DNA of 64,000 nucleotides from a virus: IMG/VR virus record IMGVR_UViG_3300011718_000012, positions 8,502 to 72,501 of that record; one strand, 5' to 3'. Shown piece by piece: positions 54,052 to 64,000 of this stretch (position 1 is its first letter; each line of letters starts with the position of its first letter). The notes under the pieces were generated by a model. It saw only the letters and a program-made list of their open reading frames with translations, ran no database searches and was not told where the DNA came from. The position numbers and the translations under genes were made by a program.

Positions 54052-54444
54052 TTATTCAGGCTTTTCCTGGTTAACCCTGTTCACCAGTACGCTGTACTTC
54101 TCCCAGGCTTCCAGGTCTGCCTTTTCCTGCTCCGTTGCCATACCGTACGTCACGGCGCGGGCCAGCAGGGCGATGATGCGCTCAGCTTCTGCCAGCAGGG
54201 TCTGTTTTTGCGTACCGTTTATGATGGCCGGGTCGATGAGGGGTCTGACCAGCACAGGTTTTCCGCTCTGGTCCGGCTCGATTTCATACCCGTTCTCCTG
54301 TCCGTCCATAAGCGAACGGTAATCCTCTGCGCTGATTTCAGCTGCATCAGCAGGCCAGCCGTTCAGGCTGTTCTCGTACTGCTCTTTCATTGACAGCAGA
54401 TAAAAGCCCTGCGTGGTGGCGCTGTAAAAATACTGCTCGTCCAT
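54052..54444 (-). CDS. G: Tail fibre assembly chaperone
   Basis: YSATTQGFY, WPADA, ATEQE...LEAWEKYSVLVNRV. Confidence 0.85.
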   Translation of the reverse strand: MDEQYFYSATTQGFYLLSMKEQYENSLNGWPADAAEISAEDYRSLMDGQENGYEIEPDQSGKPVLVRPLIDPAIINGTQKQTLLAEAERIIALLARAVTYGMATEQEKADLEAWEKYSVLVNRVNQEKPE

Positions 54445-54453
54445 TACGTATCC

Positions 54454-56848
54454 TCACTTACCAAACGCGACCCAGAAGGCCGTTTTTTCCGGCTCGCCAT
54501 TTGAACCATAAACGAATCCGGTGTTGTTATGCGACAGCGTCCTGATGTTACAATCTGAATCAGCCAGGTCATCGATATACATATTCAGCGTTAACAGTAC
54601 CCCCATGCAGAAATTGGGGAACGCCTTCGGAAATTTCACGCTGGTCGAGTAATTCGTCCTGTTCACAACGCCCATCTGCATAATCAGCCCCGTTGAGCCG
54701 TCCTGCCACCATCTCCCACCGGCAACAAGCGCTGCGGTATTCACATGACCGTAGCGGCGTCAAAGTTGTTCCACTTACCCGGTATCAGCTCTCCGGGCGC
54801 GGTGAAGTTGCCGTTCACATCCCAGATGTACTGAATATCGCTGCTGCTGCTGCCCTTCATGTGCAGGTGCCAGGAAAGCTCCGTGCCGCTGACCATCGCC
54901 CCCATTGAGAAAGCCCAGGAGTTCTTACCCGTAATGGTTGCCTGCTGCTTAATGACCGGATGGAACTCACTGGTGCCGGAGGTAGCAAAGGCATTATAAA
55001 ACGGCGCTCTGGTTTTGTACTGGTCAGCCCATCCGAACGAACCGCCATACCCCGCCGTGACTTCTTTTGCAGCGGTGATGGTGCTGCTGACCGACAGAGG
55101 GGTGCCGATAGTGATATCACCCGTGGCAAGGTCCACGTAAAATGGACGTAGGGCGTTGTAGTTGCCGTGGGGGTCATTTTAGTTGGTCAGCATCAGATAC
55201 AGATGCATGCCGTCATTGCGCCAGAATGTGCCATAACCACCATAGGTGATGCGGAAGCCGTTGGCAGAGCCGCTGATAACCCCCCCCTGAACGTCACGCT
55301 TACGCCGCCATTCAGGACCATCTCATCCTCAGTGTCGGCATCTCCTGTCGCCAGACGGTAAACGCTGCCCTGAACCGTTTCGTGCCAGATGGTATCACCT
55401 GAGCCGCCCCGGAACTTGCGCAGGTAATTTTTCCCTCCCTTACTTCCCGCGCTAAATGCCGTCTGGTTATAGGTGGCCTGATACACGCTGTCCTGTTCAA
55501 GCGTGCCGGTTACCTCTCCGCCACTGGTAAGCAGGTAATCCTTCCAGGGTTCCCACGGGCCGTCCTTGCCGTTCCACTCACCTGAAAGCCCGCGTACAAA
55601 CTTACGCCCGGTACCAAAGGTGGTGTATTCCTGCTGGCAGCCGTATGCGCTGGGGGTAACCTCCAGCGTGCCAGCCTCTGATACGGGGTAGTGGAATGCA
55701 GCGGTCGCCCCGGCATTGGCTGGCTGATAATGAATGCCCGCCGCGCTGTAGGCTCCCAGCGTATTGAGGTCAACGCTCAGGGCGGTACCGAAGTACGGCA
55801 TGGCTCCTGTATCAGCGGCGGTCTGTTTGTAATTGGAGTTGTAGTAACGAGACCATGAGGCTGCTTTATCCGTTGTCCTGACCTGCCCGATATAGAACTC
55901 TGTCGAGCTGAACAACGCTACCCAGTACTGCCCGGCATAGATATTCAGCGCAAATGCTGAATACCGGGTATTTCCGGAGTCTGCAGGGACACCTTCCGTT
56001 GGTGTGGACGTTCCTTTCCCCAGCACGTTATAAATTCCTGTGCACGTGATGTCATAAATGCTGGTCAGTAATTCTGAGCTGCCGTTACCAATCCCAAAAC
56101 CATAATCACCTACCTTCAGGAGATGGCCCAGGACTGTATCGAAAAAGGATGTCGTGATGTCAGCGTCCGCTGCGCTGCCGAGCTTTACGTTGTCGTGCTC
56201 GTCGGGTTTGTGGGTGTTGACCGTTTTGACGGCGGCATCTGCAACGGATTTAGCCGCTTTCACCGCCTTCGGGGGGGCGGCCTTTGTTTCGTCGTCACTG
56301 TCGGTTTCGCTGCTGAGCTGCACAAGCCCCCGGGCTTTTATGGTGGCGTCCGGGTGGTTACGGCTTTTTGCGTGAGCCTCTATCGAATCGTCAACATACT
56401 CCCGTGTCGCCAGCACAACGGCCGGATAAATCTTCAGCGTTACCGCGTCGTCGCTGGTAACGACTATGACCATGCGAATCACCTGTTCGCGGCTGGCACC
56501 TTCTTCAATCAGCGGTTTGTAGGAGGGCGGGCAGCTACCGACAGCAATCAGATCGCCCTCGGCGTCATACAGGCCCAGTTCCCTGATGTACCAGCCGCCG
56601 ACGTTATCCGGAATGACCTGTTCGGCAATGATTTGGTTAGGGTTATTCGGATCGGTTTTCAGCGTGTTGAGGTTCGCACGCCGGCGTTCATGAATCAGGC
56701 TGGTTTGCCCCGGATCTGGTGTGGGTACCGTGCCGTTGGCATCACCCACGCCCATCAGAGTCATGCTGAGTGGTGTGTTAGTTGCCGTCGCGTTCGCGAG
56801 CTTTGCGGCACCGATCCTGGTAAGAAGCGTGTAGTACGGCGCGGTCAT
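54454..56848 (-). pseudogene. H: P2 gpH-like tail fibre, frameshifted into several pieces
   Basis: N-terminus LLT..GAAKLANA, AEQVIP..GGW.IRE.G, HPDAT...G.VQLS. Further fragments at 54741-55136 and 54454-54744 (gp53-like GLIMQ.G..FP.AFP). Confidence 0.85.
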
Positions 56849-57474
56849 GGGAAAATCTCCATAGTATCCGTCACGTGCACCGCAGCGCGGGCGTATGCGG
56901 ACATGCTGCTTTCGATGATGTCAGGAAAATAGGGGTACACGGTCACAATGTCGCCATCGTAAGCCGCTGCGGCGACGGGAATTTCACCGCGTGTTTCTAT
57001 CGAGATGGTGAGTAAGGTCAGGTGACGGCTGCACGGCCTGGCGTCGTTGATAACACGCTCAAGTTCGGCGTACATCTCAACCGTTACGCCGTTGTCCAGT
57101 GCGGCGACTTCCATCTCAAAGGTGCCGGGGGGCTTATCGTTCTGCCACCACTCCGTTACGCTTATCAGATAGCCCATCGGCTCAACGGCGCGGCGCAGGG
57201 CACCAATGGTGCCCTTGTGTCGGTGCAGGAAAAATGAGTCTTTGATCGTTTTGCGTCTGGTTGCCTCATCCCATGATTCATCCCAGCGGTACACAGAGAA
57301 GGCCCACGCAAGGTACGGCAGCGAATCTGGCGGGCAGGTATCCGGATTCCAGAGAGTACGAACAGGAATATCCACATCAAAGAAGGTCGCCATGACCTGC
57401 GCAAGGTTGCGCTCGTAGAGGGTAGATGATGGTGGCTGCAGTGCCCGGGTATCATGCTCATTCAATGCCGGCAC
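56845..57474 (-). CDS. I: P2 gpI-like baseplate/tail protein
   Basis: LWNPDTCP...LPYLAWAFSV..WD..W, HRHKGTIGALRR. Confidence 0.92.
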   Translation of the reverse strand: MPALNEHDTRALQPPSSTLYERNLAQVMATFFDVDIPVRTLWNPDTCPPDSLPYLAWAFSVYRWDESWDEATRRKTIKDSFFLHRHKGTIGALRRAVEPMGYLISVTEWWQNDKPPGTFEMEVAALDNGVTVEMYAELERVINDARPCSRHLTLLTISIETRGEIPVAAAAYDGDIVTVYPYFPDIIESSMSAYARAAVHVTDTMEIFP

Positions 57475-58384
57475 CCTCCGTGTTGGTGGCTGTGCGCACG
57501 GTAACGGATGTGCACCATGATGCCTGGGTGTCGCTTACAGGGATATCATCTGCCGGTGAGTTAAGGATGATATTGCTCACGCCTTCGCTGTTCAGTACCC
57601 CGATGATTTTCGCCCGGTAAATCGTGCGGCCGATACGGTACTGGCTGGCGGCGTAATCACTGGCGCGCTGTTGTGCTGCCTTCCTTATCACTTCGGTCTG
57701 TGGGCCGTCTTCCATCACAAGCACGGCGTCAATCAGGTAAGGTATTATCTCAGCGGACTGAACCGTTAAGCGGTCTGCTACCGGACGCACATTTTCGTCG
57801 TTCAGTGCTGCGCTAACGGTATCGAGCAGTGCGCTGTCGGCGATACCGTCACCGTTCTTGGACAAAACAGATACGGTCACGCAGGCGGGTGATGGGCTGA
57901 TGGCTTTCGCGTCGGCAACCCTGCCGTCAGCGTTGCGCGCGAAGGCTTCATAGGTACCCGTCGGGCCGGCTACGCTGAGTGTCTCCATGGTGTTTTATAC
58001 GCGCAGGCGCAGGGCGTTGTCTGACTCCATCACTGCAGGCGTGGGCGGCGTTGTGGTGTTGTCAGCCGGGGTGAGGATGTGGCGCTGAACATCGTAGTTG
58101 GCGGCCAGGCTGTCAAGGTCGGAAACTTGTGCGTAGGCCAGCATGGTCGACAGCGCCGCTTCGTTGATGCGCTGGCGCATAAGGTCTTCAATATAAGTTG
58201 AAAACTTCAGCAGCTTTTCGCCCGGATCTGACGGCAAGGTTAGCGTGCGGCGGATGGTGTCCTGCATTTCCGGCGGAAACAGGGTGATGAACGCCTCTCG
58301 CCGTGCGTCAAGCGTAGTATCAAAATCCAGTTGCTCCACAACGACCGGCTGGGGAAGTTGTGACAGGTCGATAGCACCACTCAT
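57458..58384 (-). pseudogene. J: P2 gpJ-like baseplate protein split by an in-frame TAA
   Basis: IDLSQLP.P..VE.LDF ... LRLRV*NTMETLSVAGP. The stop at 57995-57997 is in frame with both halves. Confidence 0.88.
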
Positions 58385-58734
58385 GATTTTCCTCTGCTAA
58401 ATGTGGTGGTGATGTTGAGCGGCTGACCGCTGAGGCTGTAGTCTTTAACAATAACCAGTGTCGCGCCTTTTTCTGTCCGGGTGGTGACGCCGGAGAGCGA
58501 GATACGTGGCTCCCATGCCGTGAGCGCCTCATAGGTTGCGGCAATTACCCGCAGACGCAGCGAGTCTGTCAGCGGGCCGTCTATTAGTGCGGGAATATCG
58601 CTGCCGTAATCCCGGCGCATAAGCCGCGAGCCTTTCGGCGTGCTCAGGATATCGGTCACGGACTGCTGAATATGCGCTTCGTCCGTTACCATGCCGCCGC
58701 TGTCGCGGTTGAGACCGGTGTAATGCGAGGTCAT
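58381..58734 (-). CDS. W: P2 gpW-like baseplate wedge protein
   Basis: HIQQSV.DIL.TP.GSR.MRRDYGS, WEPRI. Confidence 0.92.
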   Translation of the reverse strand: MTSHYTGLNRDSGGMVTDEAHIQQSVTDILSTPKGSRLMRRDYGSDIPALIDGPLTDSLRLRVIAATYEALTAWEPRISLSGVTTRTEKGATLVIVKDYSLSGQPLNITTTFSRGKS

Positions 58735-59286
58735 TTTGTCCCCCTGGTCCGGTCATCGCCGGATTTCACGCCGCCATGATCGTGATCGTCTGGCCTTACG
58801 TCGTTGAATGTCGCGGTGCCGGTGAAATTGCCGTGCATTTCACCCCCTTTGGTCGCGGGGAATGAGGCGGTGGTGAGTTTCTTTGTACATTTCACTTCTG
58901 GCGCATCGAGCGTGATTTTTTCGTCCGCTTTTATCGTCACTGCAGCACAGTTAAGCGTGACTTCACCTCATGCGCTGATGGTCAGTGACTTAATACCGCT
59001 GACGTGCAGACTGCTGTCGTCCGGGGAGTAAACAAACTCCGCGCCGTCCGGGTAAATAGCGTGGTAATCGCTACCACTGCCGGGGGGCGTCGTGAGCGTC
59101 GCAGTAGAGTTAGCCGGCGATAAATGCATTTCTGAGTTCGCCGTCCGGCGACAGGATAAAGGCCTGCTCTCCAACGGAAGGTGCAAGCCAGGTGCGTGTA
59201 TCGCCTGCGCGATCTGCCGCCCAGCGGATCCAGGTGGTCGTGTTATCGCCGGTGTTGACGCGGGCAAGCTTACCGGGGCGGGGTCA
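58731..59286 (-). pseudogene. V: P2 gpV-like baseplate spike, 5'-truncated and frameshifted
   Basis: T.WIRW...RAG..RTW..PSVGEQ, YPDGA...Y, and C-terminal H.HGGV.SG fall in different frames. Confidence 0.8.
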
Positions 59287-59664
59287 GTCCATATTGCTCT
59301 TGAAGGTAATAATTCATTCTCCACTCAATTTGGTGAAGTGGTAACTCCATCTCTGTACATAGCCTGTCGTGAGGGAAAAAAGAATTATATAGACTGTGGT
59401 ACTTACCCTGGGTTGGAAGAGAGCACGATGATTCATCGGAATGACAAGCAAAAGGGTAAAAATAAATTTTGGCCGATCTCCACGGATACAAATGCTGTGT
59501 TTAATCGCGGCAATGTGGTGAGTTTTATAAAAAACCTGAGCTCTGGAAGTGTGCTGTTTGCTCAAATAGTTCCATATAATGAGAATTCCGTAAGTTCAAC
59601 ATTTAGCCTTGACGGATTATCTGAGGCAATAAAGCCGCTACAGGAAACATGTGGTTGGCGGTAA
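59287..59664 (+). pseudogene. C-terminal fragment of a TagO/VasI-like protein
   Basis: P.L.IACRE, W.ISTD..AVF, PYNEN.V...F.L.GL.EAIKPL...C.W. No start codon or signal peptide. Terminator hairpin at 59673-59704. Confidence 0.55.
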
Positions 59665-59800
59665 GGGAATTGAAAAGCCCGCATGGATAACCGTGCGGGC
59701 TTTTGGACCTCGCTCATGCCTGTGGTGAATAGGGTGCCTTGCGATCACTACCTTAAACAACCGGATAGCGAGGGATTACTCCCCCGCTGCGGCTCCAGCG

Positions 59801-59944
59801 TTACTTCTTACAGTGTTGCTGACTTGCCGCAAACTCCGCTCCCTATAGCGTTAAGTGGAACTCCAACAGCGAACCGCGCAGGATCCCGATTATGAAGACC
59901 ATCGCGGTACAGACCGTGACGGTGGTTAACGATTGTTGCGACAT
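59801..59944 (-). pseudogene. Hok/Gef-family type I toxin with an internal TAG
   Basis: MSQQSLTTVTVCTAMVFIIGILRGSLLEFHLTL*GAEFAASQQHCKK, with AAGGA RBS. Confidence 0.7.
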
Positions 59945-60082
59945 AGCGCTTGTTCCTTTTACGTAGAGGCGCTAACACTTTCTAGTGTCCTGGTAGAGCG
60001 CTCAGGGCCCCCAGGTTAACATAAAGTTGAATCGGGGCTTTTTCCACATCCGGCCTTTGGTGATATCTATGACTGTCATTCG

Positions 60083-60385
60083 CTAGCGGTTAAATTCGTT
60101 GTCGAATGATTCATCTGACATGCAAACGTAAGTAATTAAATCAACGAATGCAACCAGCATCGGGGCAAACGTCCAGCACAGCATTAAATACAGTAAGCCC
60201 GTTTCTGGTTGTCTGAGATAAAATTTGTGCCCCCCAAATCCACCCAGGAAGAATGTCAGCACAATGGCTGTTATCCTGCTTTTCTTTCCCTGCTGCATGT
60301 GTTGCTCCGTTCCACATTGAGGGCATGCCCGTGCGGTTGCGTGAACCTGTTTCCCGCAAATACGACAAAAAGCCATGTCAGCCAT
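60083..60385 (-). CDS. Zinc-ribbon plus TM2-domain membrane protein
   Basis: FCRICG...ACPQCG and KSRITA..L.FFLGGFG.HKFYL. Confidence 0.85.
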   Translation of the reverse strand: MADMAFCRICGKQVHATARACPQCGTEQHMQQGKKSRITAIVLTFFLGGFGGHKFYLRQPETGLLYLMLCWTFAPMLVAFVDLITYVCMSDESFDNEFNR

Positions 60386-60479
60386 AAGCCGTCACTCCTG
60401 CAAAGTCAAATATCCGCCAGTCTGGCGGAAAAAAAAGATGCGCATCCTATTAACGACTAATGCTGAGAGTCAACAGATA

Positions 60480-60960
60480 ACAAACCGGCCAGCTGTGCCT
60501 GTTTCGTCTGTGCAGTAGCTGACGTTTTTCTTATATCGGTATTTCCAGCTGTCCGTCTCCCCGGTGTGATGAGGGGAATGCCGTCGGGGGATAGGGGGTA
60601 AATTCCACAGGCTGGCAGGATCTGGCGTGTTGTTACTGATGATGTGGGTCACTTTCGCCATGGTAACAAAGGTTATGATGTAAATACTGATGATAGGCTC
60701 CTTGCGTGTTATAGCTGAGGGATCCGCTGGAGCGCGTGCGGCTCGAGGCGTGACATTTTGGACAACGGAACGTGGGGCTTCTCCTCTTTCTCTGGTGAAA
60801 TGATATAATATCTCACCAGAGAAAGAGTGAAGTTAAGGGACCGTCGTGTCTGTCACCGACCAGTCCCTTAACCTGACTTCCAGATCAAGGGCTGTTCGGA
60901 AACCTTGCTGCGTAAAGGCGTGTTCTGTGCGAACGATGGTCCAGTCATTCTCATCAATGC
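60480..60960 (-). pseudogene. Second, decayed copy of ogr plus the 3' end of gene D
   Basis: Colinear similarity to about 43380-43870. The ogr ATG is changed to ACG with an internal deletion. D fragment IDENDWTIVRT.HA.TQQG.RTALDLEVRL. Confidence 0.85.
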
Positions 60961-61246
60961 TATCAAAGAGAGCCCAAGTTTGTGGATTCTCAACACTTGA
61001 AGTAACCTCACCAATAAACCCTACCACCCTCACACCGGGAATATATGTAGATAACTTACAGGCAGGGGTATCTTGAAAGATTTTTGTTCCTTCACTCGCC
61101 AGTCTGTCTTTTAATTTAGAAAGGTGGAGATAAAAGGAAATTAAACATTTTCAATTATAATGAAGTTCTAATTGATGAACGAGAGATGAGTCTTCTGTAA
61201 AAATATCATAATCGGCCTATACCAAAATACATTATTAATGGAGGGG

Positions 61247-62428
61247 TTAAATTTGGGGCTGTATTATCAACACATTATTAATTACATTACCCTCATCCAA
61301 CTCAATAACGCTGCCGTCCAATGCATTTAAAAAATCTCCGTTGATAATCCATTTACATACATCTATTTTATTGAGCGAGGGGTCGACAAGTTCAACAGAA
61401 TATTTAACCACACTTGAAATTCCACCTTTTAAAATAAAATGACCACTTCGACACAAATCTACAACACCAGTATTTAAGTTAATTAACTTGATAGCACTAT
61501 CAGTTGGCTTTGTTGAAAATATAATAAGAATGTCAGTAGACTCAAAAAAACGCCAAATATCATGCTCTTTATTTTTTATGAATTTCTCAGGTTTTCCCTT
61601 TTGTCTGTTATATCCTAGAGCACCAATGATATATTTGGATTTAACTCCCGTAATGAAAGCAACTTCTGCTTCATCTCTCATTAAATCTATTTCCACGCCT
61701 CCAGGAGCATTAGTTAAATATACGTAACCCATATTTAAATTATAATCGTAGGCATACAACACACCGGTACGTGACCAATAGCTAAAACTGCTTAATGCGC
61801 CTTCTTCTGAACTTTGGCGCATGTTGAATTTACCACTGACTGGAGCAATAGCCGTTAGGCCTGTAGAGAAAACTTCACGGGGTGCACGATCAATTTCATC
61901 ACCATGGAAGAGTATATTTGAGTCGTTACGCCATTTAAAGCTATCTGAATTGAAACCAGGATTATCACTAAAAATTTTTCTGGGGTCTGAATCAAGTAAC
62001 GGTGTCGACTCAAACCATGTTTCAAAATAGTATTGTTTTTTTATTTCATTTTGCTCATCTTCACTCAGATCTAGCAACCAGCGAGGTTCTCTTTGCTGGC
62101 CAGTTACGGGATCTATACCAGGTATCCCTAATAAAGATGGCACAAACGGCGGAGTACCCGGACCACTTTGGTTCGCTTGCGTGCCGTCAACATAAACGAC
62201 ACGTATCGTTAAAAACTTGTCGTAATTTTCCTTCGATATCGGAACTTGAGAGATCTCTTTGGATAAAATAGATATAATCTTAGCATTCTGGCAATCGATA
62301 TCACATGAACACAAATACAGAGATTGAATATCATCCAATATAAGATGTAAATTATACCAGACAAGAAATAATGTCTCTCCACTTATAGCAAATCTTAAGT
62401 TCCTTACACCTTTATATATCATACGCAC
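61247..62428 (-). CDS. Scabin/pierisin-like ADP-ribosyltransferase domain protein
   Basis: WR....LFHGD..R.PREVF..G, SSFS, GYVY...APGG, EAEVAF..G....I.GA. Confidence 0.65.
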   Translation of the reverse strand: MRMIYKGVRNLRFAISGETLFLVWYNLHLILDDIQSLYLCSCDIDCQNAKIISILSKEISQVPISKENYDKFLTIRVVYVDGTQANQSGPGTPPFVPSLLGIPGIDPVTGQQREPRWLLDLSEDEQNEIKKQYYFETWFESTPLLDSDPRKIFSDNPGFNSDSFKWRNDSNILFHGDEIDRAPREVFSTGLTAIAPVSGKFNMRQSSEEGALSSFSYWSRTGVLYAYDYNLNMGYVYLTNAPGGVEIDLMRDEAEVAFITGVKSKYIIGALGYNRQKGKPEKFIKNKEHDIWRFFESTDILIIFSTKPTDSAIKLINLNTGVVDLCRSGHFILKGGISSVVKYSVELVDPSLNKIDVCKWIINGDFLNALDGSVIELDEGNVINNVLIIQPQI

Positions 62429-63319
62429 CTCAGAATTTTATTTTCATTAATATTAAACGAATCGCTTCTACCCTATGTTTAGATTGAATTATCAACCTCT
62501 ATAAACTCAAGCTTTTCGGTTGCTATGAACACAAACTATTATTTCAACATTAAAAGTAGTGAGTTTTCTTTTATAGATGCTATCATTCACCAATAATTAG
62601 TCGCTATCATGTTGTACTTTTCCACACCGAGTTTTTATCAATATCATATTGCATGGTTATTATCAGAGCATAATGTACAAACAACATAGCAATAACATCC
62701 TGTAAGGTGATTGATATTATTTGTTTTAATGTTTACTATTGGTCTGCATTCCCGACCGCCCATTGTCAGTCCTCTCTAGATTATCTGCATGGGGATAACC
62801 GTTCCGCTGTCATGTATGTCACTTTACCTTTCACATGGATTACGTGTACGAAACACTTGAAGACGGTGAAAATGAGAAGAGCGCAGACATGGGTTTCAAC
62901 ATATCCACCCCTCGACATACCGAACGCAGCCTGCCGTTCACCAGACAGTTTATCCGCACCACTTACGTTTCCTGAACCAGTTCTACAATATCTACCGCAC
63001 CCTCCTGACCCAAAAAATTGCTAAACAAATTTATCAGAACGGGTTGGCTGACATATCTGTGACATCACTCACATAACACTTAATAATAAGCCATCTATGC
63101 CTGTTCGATTTCCCAAAGATACCTTTATAGATCCGCCATTTCTCAGTGGGATAACAATTGCTATTGACAGTGCGAAGACACACCACAGCATCCCCGCTAC
63201 GTAGTTGGATATCCTGAATCGACAGCTGCGGCGCAACCAAAATGCGGTTGTTCTCCAAAAAAAGCCAAGTAGATAATTTATTTAACTAGAAGTACCTAGC
63301 ACCATAAGGAAAGGGGACT

Positions 63320-63855
63320 TAGAATCTATCCCAGAAGGTAGTGTAAGAATGTAGTAATTGATAATTTCTGAATGTGAAAATATGACAGGCAGCAAATGGC
63401 GGATCAGCAATGAACTGTGGGAAAAAATGGCACCGCTTATCCCGGAGCACAAAACCAGCCATCCGCTCGGTACGAGCCGGAAACGCGTTGATAACCGTGC
63501 TGCAATGGATGGCATATTCTTCGTCCTCAGAACCGGCTGCCAGTGGAACGCCCCGAACACCACCGGGATATGTTCATCGAGTTCTGCACACCGGCGTTCC
63601 AGGAGTGGCGCACCGCAGGTGTTATTGAGCGTTTCCGGCAGAACGGTTTGCTGGCCTGTGAACACCTGGACGGCATTGACTGGTCCTGGTTGTCGATGGA
63701 GGGCTGTATGACTTAATCTCCGCTGTCGGGAAAAAAAACAGGCCGCAATCCCACGGACATCGGGAAACAAGATGTAAAGCGCAGCCTGGTTACAGACGCC
63801 AACGGGCTTCCTCTGTCGCTGGTTGTCGCAGCAGCAAACACGCACGATATCAATC
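63320..63855 (+). mobile_element. IS5-family transposase remnant
   Basis: W.ISNELWE.MAPLIP, GIFFVLRTGCQWN, then frameshifts and stops. A-run at about 63731. 3'-truncated, boundaries approximate. Confidence 0.75.
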
Positions 63856-64000
63856 AGTGATCGTCACGGGTTTTTCGGGTGGGAAAGGGTTCTTTATTTG
63901 GCGTTTGATCGTCCGTTAGATCGCGCCTGTTCCGCTTTATCGCCATGGCTGTTCGGTGCTCACTGCGTTGCGCTCCGCCTCAGCCCTGGCGATAAACCAT

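Noticed and set aside
56123..56932. 269-aa plus-strand ORF and similar overlapping ORFs
   Set aside because: Antisense shadows of well-supported genes, with no motifs of their own.
43433..59286. Functional R-type tailocin
   Set aside because: T, E, H, J and V are disrupted and no lysis genes are present.
59275..59286. ggggcggggtca as another IS407-like end at the gpV break
   Set aside because: It is explained as gpV coding sequence (DPA codons), and no inner IR segment or box is nearby.
59092..59664. 190-aa intact ORF
   Set aside because: A chimera of antisense gpV and a TagO-like fragment.

Overview
Accessory, heavily decayed enterobacterial DNA with no housekeeping, rRNA, tRNA or CRISPR loci visible. 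It has two halves. (1) About 0.3-42 kb is a defence-island mosaic: an operon of two dynamin-like GTPases plus a coiled-coil membrane protein, Gabija (gajAB), HigBA, an HNH-like/SIR2-like pair, a DUF6602 nuclease, an orphan CdiI, a zeta-like kinase, DprA/ShosA with a decayed ShosT-like partner, DUF4041/T5orf172, nonsense-disrupted Abi (HEPN) and Mrr-like/NTPase (Avs-like) genes, GNAT, GIY-YIG and HEPN-like genes, and a C5-methyltransferase/HNH R-M pair preceded by a LexA-type box. Many of these modules are separated by one co-oriented bipartite motif: box1 GTCCGCTCCTCGCTCAnAGCGGAC, an 18-nt spacer, then box2 GTCCGCTTTGTGCCAnnAGCGGAC. The motif is often bracketed by degenerate IS407-type ends, and one half-site sits just after a small tyrosine recombinase truncated by an IS. 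This looks like a gene-cassette array that is not a classical integron, and it is the main candidate for an undescribed system. (2) About 43-61 kb, joined on by an IS481-family element, is a degraded P2-like prophage tail region (ogr, D, FI, FII, E/E', T, U, G, H, I, J, W, V) with cargo (SGNH hydrolase, orphan protein) and a second hok-ogr-D' remnant. It is followed by a scabin/pierisin-like ADP-ribosyltransferase gene and an IS5 remnant. All family calls come from motif recognition by eye; no database searches were run.
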